A stretch of 64,000 nt of DNA from Psammoneis japonica. Taxonomy: Eukaryota. The stretch spans positions 310,001-374,000 of the forward strand of contig QPGO01000013.1 of the NCBI GenBank assembly GCA_008632985.1, written 5' to 3'. This document shows positions 1-12,302 of the stretch, piece by piece (within the stretch, counting starts at the first letter, position 1; each line of letters opens with the position of its first letter). The notes below the pieces were generated by a model. It was given only the letters and a program-made list of their open reading frames with translations, searched no databases and was not told the DNA's origin. Position numbers and translations under genes: made by a program.

Positions 1-338
1 TCCGTCTTATTCAGTTCACCGGCGTCGCTGTTTTGCAAAATGTAGCCAAGCATGGGAAGGTCCGACAGATGAGAAAAGATAATCATGGCTCTTGATTCTC
101 TCTTGCCATAGTTGATATTACTCGAACCAAGTATCGACGATTCATACCATTGGCTGCTGGGCTTGGAAACATCGTTGGGATCAAATCCCCATTCCTCAAG
201 TTTCCGTCGAGCGACGGACTCGCATTCGATTTTATCGGAAATGTTGGAAAGTGAAAACAAAGATGATGATGAGACTTGTCGACAGTCCACAGGAGCGGCT
301 GCTGAGGAGTTATCGTCGTTTGGATCATAGGGGTTCAT
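1..338 (-). CDS. 5' part of a hypothetical protein running off the left edge of the window
   Basis: ATG at 338 opens a stop-free frame to the edge (MNPYDPNDDNSSAAAP...LPMLGYILQNSDAGELNKT); divergent from the CSD-RRM gene. Not in the ORF track because it has no stop in the window. Confidence 0.55.
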   Translation of the reverse strand, partial: MNPYDPNDDNSSAAAPVDCRQVSSSSLFSLSNISDKIECESVARRKLEEWGFDPNDVSKPSSQWYESSILGSSNINYGKRESRAMIIFSHLSDLPMLGYILQNSDAGELNKT

Positions 339-610
339 CGTATTAGCACAGCATTGGAATGTGTTTGTGGGCTTGTGATGTTATTTTTGTGCACACCGCA
401 TCGGTACGCAAAAGAGCCTTCTTCAAGGCTCTTTGTGGCTATTTTTAGGCTTTGACACCAATAAACAGCCTAAAAGAATCCAGAATCACCCACATGATCG
501 CCAAGGCCATCCGTCCATCCCCAAATAAACTCCAACCATTCGAATTCGACACATACACCTATTCAAGTACCTGCTTCTGGTTATGCTAGGGCCCCTACAA
601 TATCATCATC

Positions 611-1138
611 ATGACATCGGAGAGGCAGACTGGAACTGTCACAAAGTGGCTCAATCATCGCGGGATTGGATTCATAACTCCCAAGGGAGATGTGTCTGAG
701 ATTGGCAAGGATATTCTGGTTCACTACTCCAACATTAAACAAGATACCGATGCCGGCACGGATACCTTTAAATCGCTCGCCGTCGGCAGTACCGTTGAAT
801 ACGATACCATGACGGATCCCAAGAATCCCGACAAGTTGGTTGCCATCAATGTCACGGGAGTCGGTGGTGTCGATTGCGAAAAGCGCCGTATCCACAGGCC
901 TCCTCGCAACAACGATAGTACCTTTCAGCTGGAGGTGAGCAACATGAGCGACAAGACGTCTTGGAAGAAACTCAAGGACCTCTTTCGTCAGTGTGGCTAC
1001 GTCGAATGGGTCGATGTCAAGGATGGTCGAGGCGTTGTCAGTTACTCCAAGGCCGAAGAAGCTCAAGCCGCTGTGGAGCGTTTTGATGGATACGAACTGG
1101 ATGGTCAAGAAATCAAGGTGGAACAAATGTCTGGTTAA
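611..1138 (+). CDS. Cold-shock domain + RRM RNA-binding protein
   Basis: N-terminal CSD (TGTVTKWLNHRGIGFI, DILVHYSNI); C-terminal RRM with SWKKLKD, resembling the SWQDLKD motif of SR-protein RRM2, and GRGVVSY...AQAAVERFDGYELDG. Confidence 0.88.
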   Translation: MTSERQTGTVTKWLNHRGIGFITPKGDVSEIGKDILVHYSNIKQDTDAGTDTFKSLAVGSTVEYDTMTDPKNPDKLVAINVTGVGGVDCEKRRIHRPPRNNDSTFQLEVSNMSDKTSWKKLKDLFRQCGYVEWVDVKDGRGVVSYSKAEEAQAAVERFDGYELDGQEIKVEQMSG

Positions 1139-2333
1139 GAAATGATTTTTGCATGATATGGCTTTTTGGGTTTCCAAACAACATACTCATGTCAGCCTCT
1201 GGCGTGTGTGTGTTGGGGGACTTTAGCCTGTTTGATCCACTCTTTTGTTTGGCCCAACGCCTACATTTTTGCTTCCATCAGGATGATTCTTTTTTGCTGT
1301 TTCTATGTCGTATTTCTAAATCAAGTTTAATGTGCAGTTAACAATTTTTTTCTCTCCGTTTCAACTTCCTCTCCGAATTTTTCATCGTCTTGTGTGTGTC
1401 TTGTAGCTTGTAGTGCTGTGCAGTCTAGAGTGCACCCAGCACGGTGGCCTCTCTACTGTTATCCTCTACTACTAGCTAGAGTAGAAAGAGCTTCTCTAGA
1501 GTCAAAGTTGCGGAGAAAACCAATTGACCTCTCTAGAGCAAGTGGTACTCTACTCTAGGCCCAAGGAGTAAAGGACAACAGCGGCGGCTCGCGGCTCGCT
1601 GACTACTTCTCTATATGATGTGAGCGTGCTGGGGGGGTCTTTGGAAGTGGGCAATCGTCGAAGACGGTCTGATCGCCAGTGCGTTTGGGGGTCTTCCCAG
1701 TAAGTACAATTTGTACGCAAAAGAAAACACGTACAGTACAGTACAGTAGGATCTGTCAGCGTTCCAAATACTCCAATCGCACTGATTGACAGACTTTTTC
1801 AGTACAAATTCTACGTAACTTTCTTCGACAATCTCACTTCCAAAGACGTCCCCCAGTGCGTGAAAGCAGACGCGCGTTGTCTGTCAGGCTAGGGCCCTAT
1901 AATTATCCTTCAGCAATGAGGGTTTCGATTTTGGCGGTCACTTCGCTGTATCCGTTGAGGACATTATAATGGTTGAAAATTATATATTCAATGATGGAGT
2001 CTAAAAATAGATAAATTCGAAGAATGGTGTTCCGCACCTGATACCATATAACGTTCGCTGAACGTTCGGATCCCGCACTATTAAATTTTGTGGGTATTAT
2101 TCATCTAATATATTAATATTTAATTCATAAGTACCCTGATTTTCAGCGACGAGTCACTCAAGATTGCTATATCCTCACTTTTTTGGAACGTAAAGAGAGG
2201 CACATGTTGCCGCCAAACCCTATCGAATTGCCATTATCAGTTGGACGTCCTGAACAATTTGACGGTAAAGCAGTTCAAAAGAGTTGAGTTTGGTCGACAC
2301 TGTTGTTTTTTTTTGTTGCCGCAAGATTCCACG

Positions 2334-4191
2334 ATGGTGTTGAGGAAAGAAATGACAATCGCCGCGGTGGCCTCGGCGATGATGGCTCAACATCATCCGG
2401 TGGAAGGTTTCTCATTCTTCAATTTCTTCAAAGGCAAGGACGTGTCGGACAAAAAAACAAAGCGTGCCTTTGAAAACGAGGCAAGTCACAGACGTCGCCG
2501 GGTAGGTGAGGGTGAGTTGAAGTTTCTAAACACTGGAAATATGGATGAGTTCCAGTTAATCGAGAACGAGGTTCTCAATGTCGTGAACGAGTCATCGGAG
2601 GATGACCCCAGCAACGAAGATAGTGAGTTTACCATATCTTTGTTATTGGAAAGTATGAGTATGGAGACTCCGACACCAACGCCTACTCGAAATCCGACCC
2701 CTACACTTGCTCCGACCGGCATCGCAACAACACCTCCGACGCCTCAACCAACATTGGCATCTACACCCTCTCCCACACCCCAACAAACCGGGGGGACGCC
2801 GCTTCCGACGCCCCCGCAAACAGTCGCCACGCCGTCACCGACGCCCCAGCAAACAGTCGGCACACCGTCACCGACGCCCCAGCAAACAGTCGCCACGCCG
2901 TCACCGACGGCTCAGGAAACTGTTCCCGCTCCACCTCTGACATCTCAGCCAACGCTTTCTATTGTCACTTCGCCTCCATCGTTGAGTCCAGTGACTCCAA
3001 GTCCCACCCCTATTCCGACACCGCAACCGTCTTTGGCGCCTTCTCCTCCACCGACGCTGGTACCTACCGCTTCACCCACTCCATCCCCAACAAGTTCTCC
3101 CACGGCTCTTCCTACTCCTGCCCCCACGTTTCAATGTGGTGTGACCCCTGAAAGACGAGAAGAACTAATTTCTATTGTCATTTCTCTAATTTCCAATGGG
3201 CGAGAAAATATTCCGGGGTCGCCGCAGAATGAGGCCTACAACTGGCTTGTTTTCGAGGATCCTGCGTACACCTGCCCGAACGATCTCTTTCTCATTCAAC
3301 GATACGTCATGGCAGTCTTTTATTACAGCACAGACGGTGATGAGTGGACTTATTGCAGCGCACCTTTGGACTTTTCTGATGTAGAATCCGTTGCGGAGGC
3401 AAACAGAAACTGCAACAGAACAGATTCGTCAATCGCATGGTTAACGGCTGGCTCGGAGTGCACTTGGGGTAACTTGACTTGCAACAGTCGAGGTTTCATG
3501 GAGGAAATCGACCTTGGTAAGTGCTTTCCATTGCATTCTTTGTTGTTTTGCGTCCCCCTGCATCACCGCTCTGGCTTACCCTATTTTAATCCGTGACATA
3601 CACAGAGCGTAACAATGTGGGCGGTGTGCTACCACCCGAAATAGGCAGGCTTCAAGCCTTACGCTACCTTCTCGTTGAGGATGGAAAGGTAGGAGGAGTA
3701 ATCCCATCAGAAGTTGGTCTCCTCCAGGAGTTGGAAAGGCTTGATTTAAACTTCAATTTTATTGGTGGTAATATCCCTGAACAGGTGTATCTACTGGGTA
3801 ATTTGAGACAATTGGATTTGAATGGAAACGAGCTTGAGGGCACAATCAGTACTCGTATTGGAACGTTGACTGAGCTTAGTTTCGTTCAGCTTGATTCCAA
3901 CAAGCTTAACGGAACAATACCGAATTCACTTGCGGATCTGTTTCTACTAGAAGTTGGGACATTTCAAATGAACCAATTGAGCGGTGTAATGCCTCCTCTT
4001 GTTTGTCAGAATCGAAGTGGCTTGATTGAAGTTCTAACCGCTGACTGTCTGGGAGCTCCAGGTGCGTTCTTTTCCTGTCTTTTAATCGAATCATGATAAA
4101 GAAAGTTCTCTCACAGTCGTTTCTCCTTTTCTTTTCAGGTCGACCTTCTCCTCCATTTGTTGCTTGCCCATGTTGCACGCAGTGCTTTTAA
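2334..4191 (+). CDS. Diatom-type leucine-rich-repeat protein with Pro/Thr-rich stalk (3 exons)
   Basis: Exons 2334-3516, 3606-4061 and 4139-4191, joined by GT-AG introns that keep the frame. Contains a PT-rich region, [10 protein letters not shown]...[12 protein letters not shown]...EC.W cap, extracellular-type LRRs (LxxLDLxxNxLxGxIP) and C-terminal ADC...CPCCTQCF. Confidence 0.85.
2804..2915 (+). repeat. 33-bp coding tandem repeat ([11 protein letters not shown], about 3.5 copies)
   Basis: ccgacgccccagcaaacagtcgccacgccgtca repeated with few changes inside the LRR gene. Confidence 0.85.
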
Positions 4192-5039
4192 GTGGGAGGG
4201 GTATCGGCATGCTATACAAACCTTGTCAATTCATCGGTGTTTATATCGGAATAATCTGTTTATGATTCATAACACATATAAAGTTCTATACATCACACTA
4301 TTATTAACCGTGGCTATGGTGCAACAACTGAAGATGAAGGTTCCGTGTTGCAGTTCTAAAACGCGTGGACTCGTAGTCCAATGCAAGTCGAGTCAGTATC
4401 GTCTAGCTAGGGCCCTATCTGTGTATCTTCCAGTGCAAGGAGCAAGAGGTTCTGCACATAAACATGAAGGCAGTTTGGACTTCCGTACATGAAAAACAAA
4501 TTTTTGAATGATCAATCGATTTTGTGAGCGAATTTCGTCAGCTGTCAAGAGACGTTTATCCAATTCTACGTTCGTGAATTCCAAAATCTATCATAAAATA
4601 TATTAAGAATGAATAATGTTAAAATAGACCAGGTCATGATGATCTTATCTGATTTTTAATATGAACATTTGATTACAATAACGGATATTCGCGCTCACTT
4701 TTTCTCAATGAAGAAAAGAAAGACGGCAAAGTGCCAGCAATGGTGTGTGAGACTTCTGTTTCCTTCACAGCAAAACATCAAGTCTTCAAAGAACAGTGAA
4801 AGTAAAGCTTGCCACGTCCCAGTATCATTGCAGTAAAGCTGAACGCGGAATCAAAAAGGCACCATCGACGCGACAGCGCTGATACTTGTTGCTTGACACA
4901 ACTACCGTATTCGAAAACGCATACTGTAATACTGTCTGATTCGTCTGCTGACTTCCAATCAAACTCCTATTAAGCAGCAAAGAGTGACAAAAAGATCTGT
5001 CCAAATCACAAGTCCCCGGGCTTTCTGGCTAGCGTCAAG

Positions 5040-6245
5040 ATGATTGGATTAAACGAACGAGTTCCGAGCCGTCGACAGGACGAGCTTCTGCCGAGTCGAG
5101 GTAGTGAAATCCACAATGGCTCTAGCAGTCAGAAACAATACATTCCTCCTGTTGTCAAAATTGAAGGAAATGCACAGGATGAAACCCGATCTCCCTTGAC
5201 GACAACGCCCTGCACGTACTTGACAAGGGAGAGTGAAGTCTTTGCAAATGTCTTTTCCGACGATACTGTTCATCACCATCCGCCGGCGCTGAGAGAGATC
5301 GAAGAAGACTCAGCAGTGCTAGTTCACTTCCATATACTCAAAAGATCAGAGTGTTCTCGGAAACTCTGGTTCATTCACTACAGCTGGGGTCTTTCGGCCA
5401 GACTATGTGAGCGCGTGGGCCGAAGCTGAGTATGACCGACTGAAAAGAAGTTTGCGTTGGTATCGATTTGCATCTCGGTCGCACAGCTTACGGTGTTGAT
5501 GTTGCAACTAACGGTATGTGGCGTAGCTCCCCTGGACGTGAATCCCATTGTTGGACCGTATCCCGATGCCTTTTCGGAGTGGGGTGGAAAGAATCCTTAT
5601 CTGCTTGTCCAAGGCTTGGAGGTATGGAGACTGGTGACGCCTGCCTTTTTGCACGTCGGCGTCTTGCATCTATTGGTAAATGCCGCCGTTCAACTTGAAA
5701 CCTGTGCCTACTTTGAGCGCGAGTGGGGCTCTATACGGTACTTTTTGATTTATTTGATTTCCGAGGTTGGTGCCGTTGGTGTTTCGTCCATTGTCGAACC
5801 CGACACCATCGCCGTGGGAAGTTCTGCGGCGCTCATGGGCCTGTTTGGGGCAAAGCTCGCACAACTTTTGGTCTTGAGCTGTTGTCACTTGAATGAAGAA
5901 AAGGGAGACTTTTCCTTGAATCCGTCGCAAGCCGTGGGGATGATGTTTATGTTTCTCTTGATTGCTTTGCTTAGCGCTATCAGTTACGTCGAATGGTCGG
6001 CTCATGTTGGAGGGTTGGCGACGGGGTTTATCTGTGGGTTTCTCTTTCTAAGTGGCTCTCTCAGGTCTAGATTTCTTCATTGTAGCCTTGTCCTTCTCGC
6101 CCTTGTAGCAATCGTTTGTGGGTTTACAGTGATGATGTACTATCTATTCACTCAAGTTGAGTCCGACGAAGATCTCGGTAATGTGTGCCAATACTTTCGA
6201 AGACTCTATTCCGAGGGATACAACTGCGAGTGCTTCTGGCATTAA
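5040..6245 (+). CDS. Rhomboid family intramembrane serine protease (frame breaks at about 5310-5450)
   Basis: WRLVTPAFLHVGVLHLLVN, catalytic-Ser motif AVGSSAALMGLFG and AHVGGLATG His motif. The N-terminal part needs frameshifts (e.g. ctgaaaagaagttt at about 5445) to connect. Confidence 0.85.
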
Positions 6246-7150
6246 AAAAGAGTACTTTACATTTATGATATTGTTGTATAAGCTTCTAGGTTTGTTGCAG
6301 ATGTTCAAAAAGCTAGTTGCTTCCCAACCGATGATTCTCGCGAACCAAGAACTCGCATTCTGCGACCTCGAAAAAACTGGATTCCAAACAGCCAACTGAA
6401 ATGCCGCCACTCTATTAGAGTAGCATTCCAGCTAAAGAAGTCAGATGATTGTCATTCAAAGAACAAGCCAGGCTTGAGCAATAGGCAATACAGTATCTCT
6501 CTAGCTCTAGAGTAGAGAGAGTAGAGGGATTAGCCAGAGCAACTTTATGTATATTAGACTGGTGTGCTATCCCTAAAATCGAGGCCGCGTTCGTTGCAAT
6601 CGCGCACGGATGAAAATACGCGGAACGCGTCGTATCGTCCCACGTAGAATTCTACACAAAACAGCATCCGTGATCCACGCTCCTCGCCACCGAGCTCGCT
6701 CTTTTTGTTTCGCCGCACTTTCTTTCGCTGTCGTCGTCGTTGCGCATGTGCTGTTCTTGCATCGCAGCTCAATCTTCAGCTCTATTTCATTGTTTGCTGC
6801 CGTTGCATGGGCAGCATCTACGCCAACCTGTGCACTTTAAACTCCCTTCGTTCCTCTTGTAAGAGGGCCGGGCCTCAGAATCCGACGCTGCTTTGCCTTT
6901 GCCTTTGCAGCCGTGACAAACCCGGATAGAATTCTCGCAGTACGATATCTACGTGCATTCTACACAGAACCGCGTGCGGAGTGTGGACTGAAGAAATTGA
7001 GACGTGTCGGGTGTGAATAAGTCGTTTCAAAGAGACTCGAAAAAAAAAGACAACCGATAACAGCATAAGGATCATAGCCAAGCGTCTTGTTTCAAAGACA
7101 GACAGAGAAGAACCCGATTGCATCGAACCGACTCTTAAGTTATTCGCCAA

Positions 7151-7761
7151 ATGAGTAAGACGACTCAACTTGTTCATCCCTCGATTCCAGAAATGGCGGT
7201 CCGATCCACGAACAAAAGCAACTCCTCTGTGGTCATGATTGGCTCCAAGCCGTCCTTGATTTCCGTCCCACCCATGAGATTCCTAATTATGGACGCACCA
7301 CGCCAAGCGAATTTACATCTCTATATTAAAGAGATGCGCAAGCATTCCGTCACGGACATTGTCCGTGTCTGTGAACCTACCTATCACGGTGGCGAGCTCA
7401 ACAGCGCGGGTATATGCCTACACGAAATGGCCTATGAAGACGGACACTCTCCCTCCAAGGAGCTTATTGAAAATGGCTCAAACTCGTCGAAGATACCTTT
7501 TATGGGCCGGCCGGAGGCAGCGACTCGAACAGTAGCAGCAGCTGCATTGCGGTTCACTGCATTGCGGGACTCGGACGGGCGCCCGTCTTGGTGGCGATTG
7601 CTCTTATTGAGTTTGCGAATATGGACCCGGTGGACGCTGTCACCTTTATTCGACGACATCGACGAGGTGCTATTAACGAGAAGCAGTTGAATTACCTTGA
7701 AGGATACAGGCGATTCTACAAGCGATCCACGGCGGAATCCTCGTGCTGTGTCATTTGTTAG
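7151..7761 (+). CDS. PTP4A: PRL/PTP4A-type prenylated protein tyrosine phosphatase (1-bp deletion at about 7470)
   Basis: MRFLIMDAP...VRVCEPTY...YEDG. Restoring one A in gaaaatgg gives KWLKLV...[21 protein letters not shown]...[14 protein letters not shown]...CCVIC*, i.e. a CX5R site and CaaX-like end. Confidence 0.9.
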
Positions 7762-8418
7762 GCAGTTTTGAACAATTTTGAACAAGCTGGGATGCGACAC
7801 ACAAGACTGTGGCGCAAGCAATTCATATTGCTCGTTGGTTTAAGAAGGGCATGCTGTTCCTTAGGGTACCTCTTTCTCGATTGGTTAAATATCGTAAGAT
7901 CTAAAAAGATAAAGTCGGTATCCCGTTATGATCGCTCTTCTACCCGGTGAATTAGTTACATTTAGTAGATTGTTACATTGCTATCGTCACTTGATATCAT
8001 ATGATAGAATGGCTCGGATATTTCTCTACTTGTAGAGGTAGTTCGCTTCAGCTTTTTGTTCCTCGCATCGTGCGACAACAGAAGCGATTGATTCCGGGAT
8101 GGATGGATGAATGGATCGCCCATAACTCGTGACGTGGCGCTACCACTTTGTTTCCAATACTGTGAATGCCAACGAACACACGACTGAACCTCACGACTGA
8201 CGCAACGCTCCCACATTTTTCTCAATTATCAATCACTCCCTAGCTAGACCCTGAATGTTGCACACGTGGCGATTGGCGATCGAAAGCAACCTTCAAGTTC
8301 ACCACTCATGCAACTACAGGCAACAACATTTCACAATTTATGTCTTCTGCTGATCGAAAGCGCCCCGTAGTCTTGACGTCGAACTAGTAATTCTCTACAA
8401 GAGCAATCCGAAATCAGA

Positions 8419-9486
8419 ATGAACTCCAACTCGTCAAAAGATTCTTCGAGCCAAGTCGATTCTGAAAAGGATCCTTCCCTCTTTTCAAAGCTCGGTGGAG
8501 TAGTCCACAAAGCTGCTAGAGCTGTTCGGGACGGATACGCAGCTTCCATGGCGTCCGTGGTGTCCGTCTTGCTTCTCATGTGGCTCAGAACAACCGTGTC
8601 GTACCAATATGTGCACGGCATCTCAATGACGGAAGCCTTTGAGGAACTCTACGCTCAAGGAGGCATTGCAAGGTTCTACAAGGGCATCTTTTTTGCCCTG
8701 TTGATGATGCCTCTCTCACGCTTTGGTGACATTGCTTCCAACGAAATTGCTCGAGAGTTCTTTTCGGCGACTCACACTGCAGCAATTGTTACTGCCATTG
8801 CCTCGACGCTGGCGGCACTGTGGCGAATGGGCATTACGCCGTTCGATACAATGAAATCGGTAATGCAAGTCCACGGACGCGGAGCCATGCCCATCTTGCG
8901 CGAAAAGATTCAAAGGGGGGGGCTCGTTGCGTTGTGGGATGGGGCGCTTGGTTCGGCTGTCGCTACATGGGTTGGCTATTATCCATGGTTCTTTACTCTA
9001 AACTATCTCGAGGCGTTGAGCGTCAGGCGGAAATTTTTAGACGCCCATCTCAAAACAACAAAGGGCACGAAGCGACACGTGCGACGTGCCATTGTTGGTT
9101 TGTGTTCCTCCATCGTTTCTGATGTGTGCAGCAACGCTATTCGTGTCTTGAAAACCTACAAACAGACATCGGCCGAACCACTATCGTACTTTCAAGCCTT
9201 TACGGACATTATTGCCAAATCCGGAATATCCGGTCTCCTATTTCGGGGATTGTCTACCAAGCTTTTTAGCAACGCATTGAACGCCATGCTCTTTACGGTG
9301 CTGTGGAAGGCGATATCGGACAAGCTAGAGCTAATCGGAAAAAGAGAGAAGACAGCAAGTCGGAGTAAACAGGGCGCACTGTACTCCCATCGGCAGCTGT
9401 CGTGTTTCTTCATGAAGAGTTTTTCCGCAAGAAAAAAAGTGATCAGCAACTCAGGACAATGGAGAACCGACTCGAACCGGGGATGA
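8419..9486 (+). CDS. Mitochondrial carrier (SLC25) family protein
   Basis: Three carrier repeats with Px[DE]xxK-like motifs (LMWLRTT, PFDTMKS, AIRVLKT) and GxxxFYKG/LWDG/LFRG motifs. Confidence 0.88.
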   Translation: MNSNSSKDSSSQVDSEKDPSLFSKLGGVVHKAARAVRDGYAASMASVVSVLLLMWLRTTVSYQYVHGISMTEAFEELYAQGGIARFYKGIFFALLMMPLSRFGDIASNEIAREFFSATHTAAIVTAIASTLAALWRMGITPFDTMKSVMQVHGRGAMPILREKIQRGGLVALWDGALGSAVATWVGYYPWFFTLNYLEALSVRRKFLDAHLKTTKGTKRHVRRAIVGLCSSIVSDVCSNAIRVLKTYKQTSAEPLSYFQAFTDIIAKSGISGLLFRGLSTKLFSNALNAMLFTVLWKAISDKLELIGKREKTASRSKQGALYSHRQLSCFFMKSFSARKKVISNSGQWRTDSNRG

Positions 9487-9810
9487 TCGCGTCATCATGT
9501 TGGCGGGACAGTAGTCTGTTTCCAGCAGAACCTATCCTCGTGTAGGCTGACCTTTACTCTAGCTAGCTAGGGCCCTATCTGTGGAAAACCTGGAGAAAAA
9601 TCAGAATGATGATTCCCGCGAAAAAGCAGAAACCTGCCTTTGCCATACCAGGGAAAAAGACGTAGATTCTACGCGTATTCGTGCGGAAACGGCAACCTCT
9701 GTGCATTCTACGTGAAAATGTACCAAACCGGATCTTCGCCATCGTCTCCGCCAACACACAATCATTCACAATTTCGCTGAACTGAGAGTAAGACATTGTC
9801 AAGCCCTGCA

Positions 9811-11931
9811 ATGATGCGATTTCCTCGTTCCGTTTCGCTGTTGCTTTTGGTTTCGGCCATGAAGTCCGCGCCTGTTTACGGTACGAGCTTTTGCGGTTTC
9901 CCGCTCGACTTTTTGTTCGGTGCTCATCCGTTCGACGAGCCGTTACAAGTGTGTCATGAGTTTGTGCCTGACGAAGCGAGTTGCGAGATTCAGTCCTTCT
10001 TTCGACCTACAACTGCTTTTGGCAAGATGGCGCTTGTACCTCTGACCCAGATCTGGCGGGAACGGTCACGACGTGTCCTTCGGAACGGATCCGGCTTCTT
10101 GTGGCTTGGCATCCTGGTCCGGAGCTCGGAACTGCGTTTGGTGGGAGCCAACGGCTCCTCCGAGTTCGGCTCCCTCTTCGGTGCCTTCAACCGTTCCGTC
10201 GGATGTTCCTACCGAGGCTCCTTCGACGATTCCGTCCGATGTTCCTTCTGAAGCTCCTTCGATGATTCCGTCCGATGTTCCTTCTGAAGCTCCTTCGACG
10301 ATTCCGTCCGATGTTCCGTCTCGCACACCTACGGTTAAACCTTCGGCTCTGCCCTCCGTTCAACCCTCGCTCTCTCCGTCGAAGTCTCCGTCCTTCAATC
10401 CGACTAGTGAACCTTCGGTCACGCCGTCAGAAGCGCCGAGCTCCGAGCCTTCGATGCAGCCTTCCCAGGTGCCATCGGTTGGACCAACTGGAGAACCTTC
10501 AGAGTCTCCAAGTGATATTCCTTCGCGTGAACCATCCGCAAGCCCTTCCCTAGCTCCATCTGCCACGATAACCGGGGTTCCGTCCGACCAACCTTCGTCT
10601 AGTCCCAGTCATCGCCTTCGAAAGAGCCTACTGCAGTGCCCAGCTCTTCTCCTTCGATGACGCCGAGTGCAGCGCCTTCTAAGGATCCCACGTCTGAGCC
10701 TAGCGCGCTTCCATCATTGGCACCTTCCCAGACCCTCACTGAGAAGCCAAGCGTGACGCCGTCGTTGTCTCCGAGTCTGTCGCCTACCAACGAGCCATCG
10801 CGGTTTCCGTCATCAATTCCGTCTTCTCAGCCATCGAAGGAAGATAAAGACACGATCAACACTGGTGCTCCGACGACTAGCCAAATGCCATCTACGTCTC
10901 CGACGGCGACGCCAACGATTGTGACCCATCCACCTGTCTTTAATGATCCGCAAAAGTTTTCGTGGAACATTGCCAGGTTGGGAGACCCTATCATCGCTTT
11001 CGATGATCGGTCGGATGCTGAGGAGATCATGGTGGACTACAACATCAGTCTTCGTGAAAACACCGTCATGATTTACCAGGACGACTGCAAGACTGCCGTT
11101 CCCACGTCGGTGATTGGTGTGAACAAGGTGTTGACTCCAGTCACGGCTGAACATGGACTTCTGGAGGTTGACTTGGACATAATGCAAGCCAACATCGTCG
11201 GAAGCCCGATTTGGTCAGAGAACGAAGTTGGCATTGGGAACATTGACATTTGCATTCGTGTGGATTTGTGGCTAGTGGACGACCCAAACCCCCCGGAGTC
11301 AGTGAACTTTCACGAAACGAAGCTTTACTTGACGATCGATTTGACCCAGAACTTCCAAGTTGTGTTGGATCTCAATCGTACGGCGTCGGACGAGATTGCT
11401 CAAAGTGCAAAGGTGAACTACACCCTCGTCGCCTGTCACTGTGATGAAACTAGCCTTGCTTGCATCGACGATGCGCTCACTCCTGGGTCGGACATGCATC
11501 TGTGCGTTGATACCACTTCTCCGAATATCAACTTTGTCTCGATTCTTGATGTTGAGATGACGCAGAATGCCCTCAAATGGCACCCTGTGAAGGATTCGGT
11601 CATGGACGACCTGACGGCTGTAATCTTAAATGGAGATAAGTGCCTCCTTCGTACTCAAATGGCTTCCGCCTTCTTCGCTGAAGAGAACCCGCCGGATGTC
11701 ATTGTTGAAGGTCTTGCCCTTCTCGAGTTCAAGGATACTGGCACTCGTGTGCGGGCTCGATACCTTCAAGGAGGCGGGGTGCCTGCCGTAGACAACGAAG
11801 AAGACGTTGGAAGCTTCTCGGTGCAGCTTGGTTTGTCTTCTGGCGAAGTTAGCTCTGGAGCGAACGGCAACACGAAGGGCGTGGTGTCCATCCTTGCCGT
11901 CACCTTGAGCGCGTTTGTGTTCCTCCTGTAG
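9811..11931 (+). CDS. Secreted Pro/Ser-rich (PSxxPS) mucin-like surface protein with globular C-terminal domain and hydrophobic GPI/TM-like tail; about 3 frame breaks
   Basis: Signal peptide MMRFPRSVSLLLLVSA, then a Cys-rich N-domain spread over ORFs 9796/9981/10073, long PSxxPS repeats, a globular domain, and the tail SSGANGNTKGVVSILAVTLSAFVFLL. Frame switches at about 10005, 10078 and 10610. Confidence 0.7.
10195..10322 (+). repeat. 36-bp coding tandem repeat (PSDVPSEAPSTI, about 3.5 copies)
   Basis: ttccgtccgatgttccttctgaagctccttcgacga repeated. Confidence 0.85.
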
Positions 11932-12302
11932 GCCCTAGAAGGAGACGCCCACGTTGATATTCTACCTGGCGATGTTGAGACGTTTGAGCGGGACTGCTTA
12001 GTTGTTAGAAGTACTATTATTTACATACACGACGAAGCTCCTTCTACTCTTAGTCCTTTCGATAAGTTATAAAGTTGAGCTTTCTTTGATAATGCCTGGT
12101 ACTCATTGAATGCCACATTCTAAATCCTATGCATTCTCCAAAAATGATAGCGAAGCTCAGTGTCAATCAATAAGTAGGCCTCATGAACTGTCCACAGGAG
12201 GCAGAATCATCGCACGCCCAATCTCCAAGATGTGAGCTGATGCACAGATGAATGCTTTCGACCTTTCCTGTTTGGTATTCCCAAAATATAGCGATATTGC
12301 GA

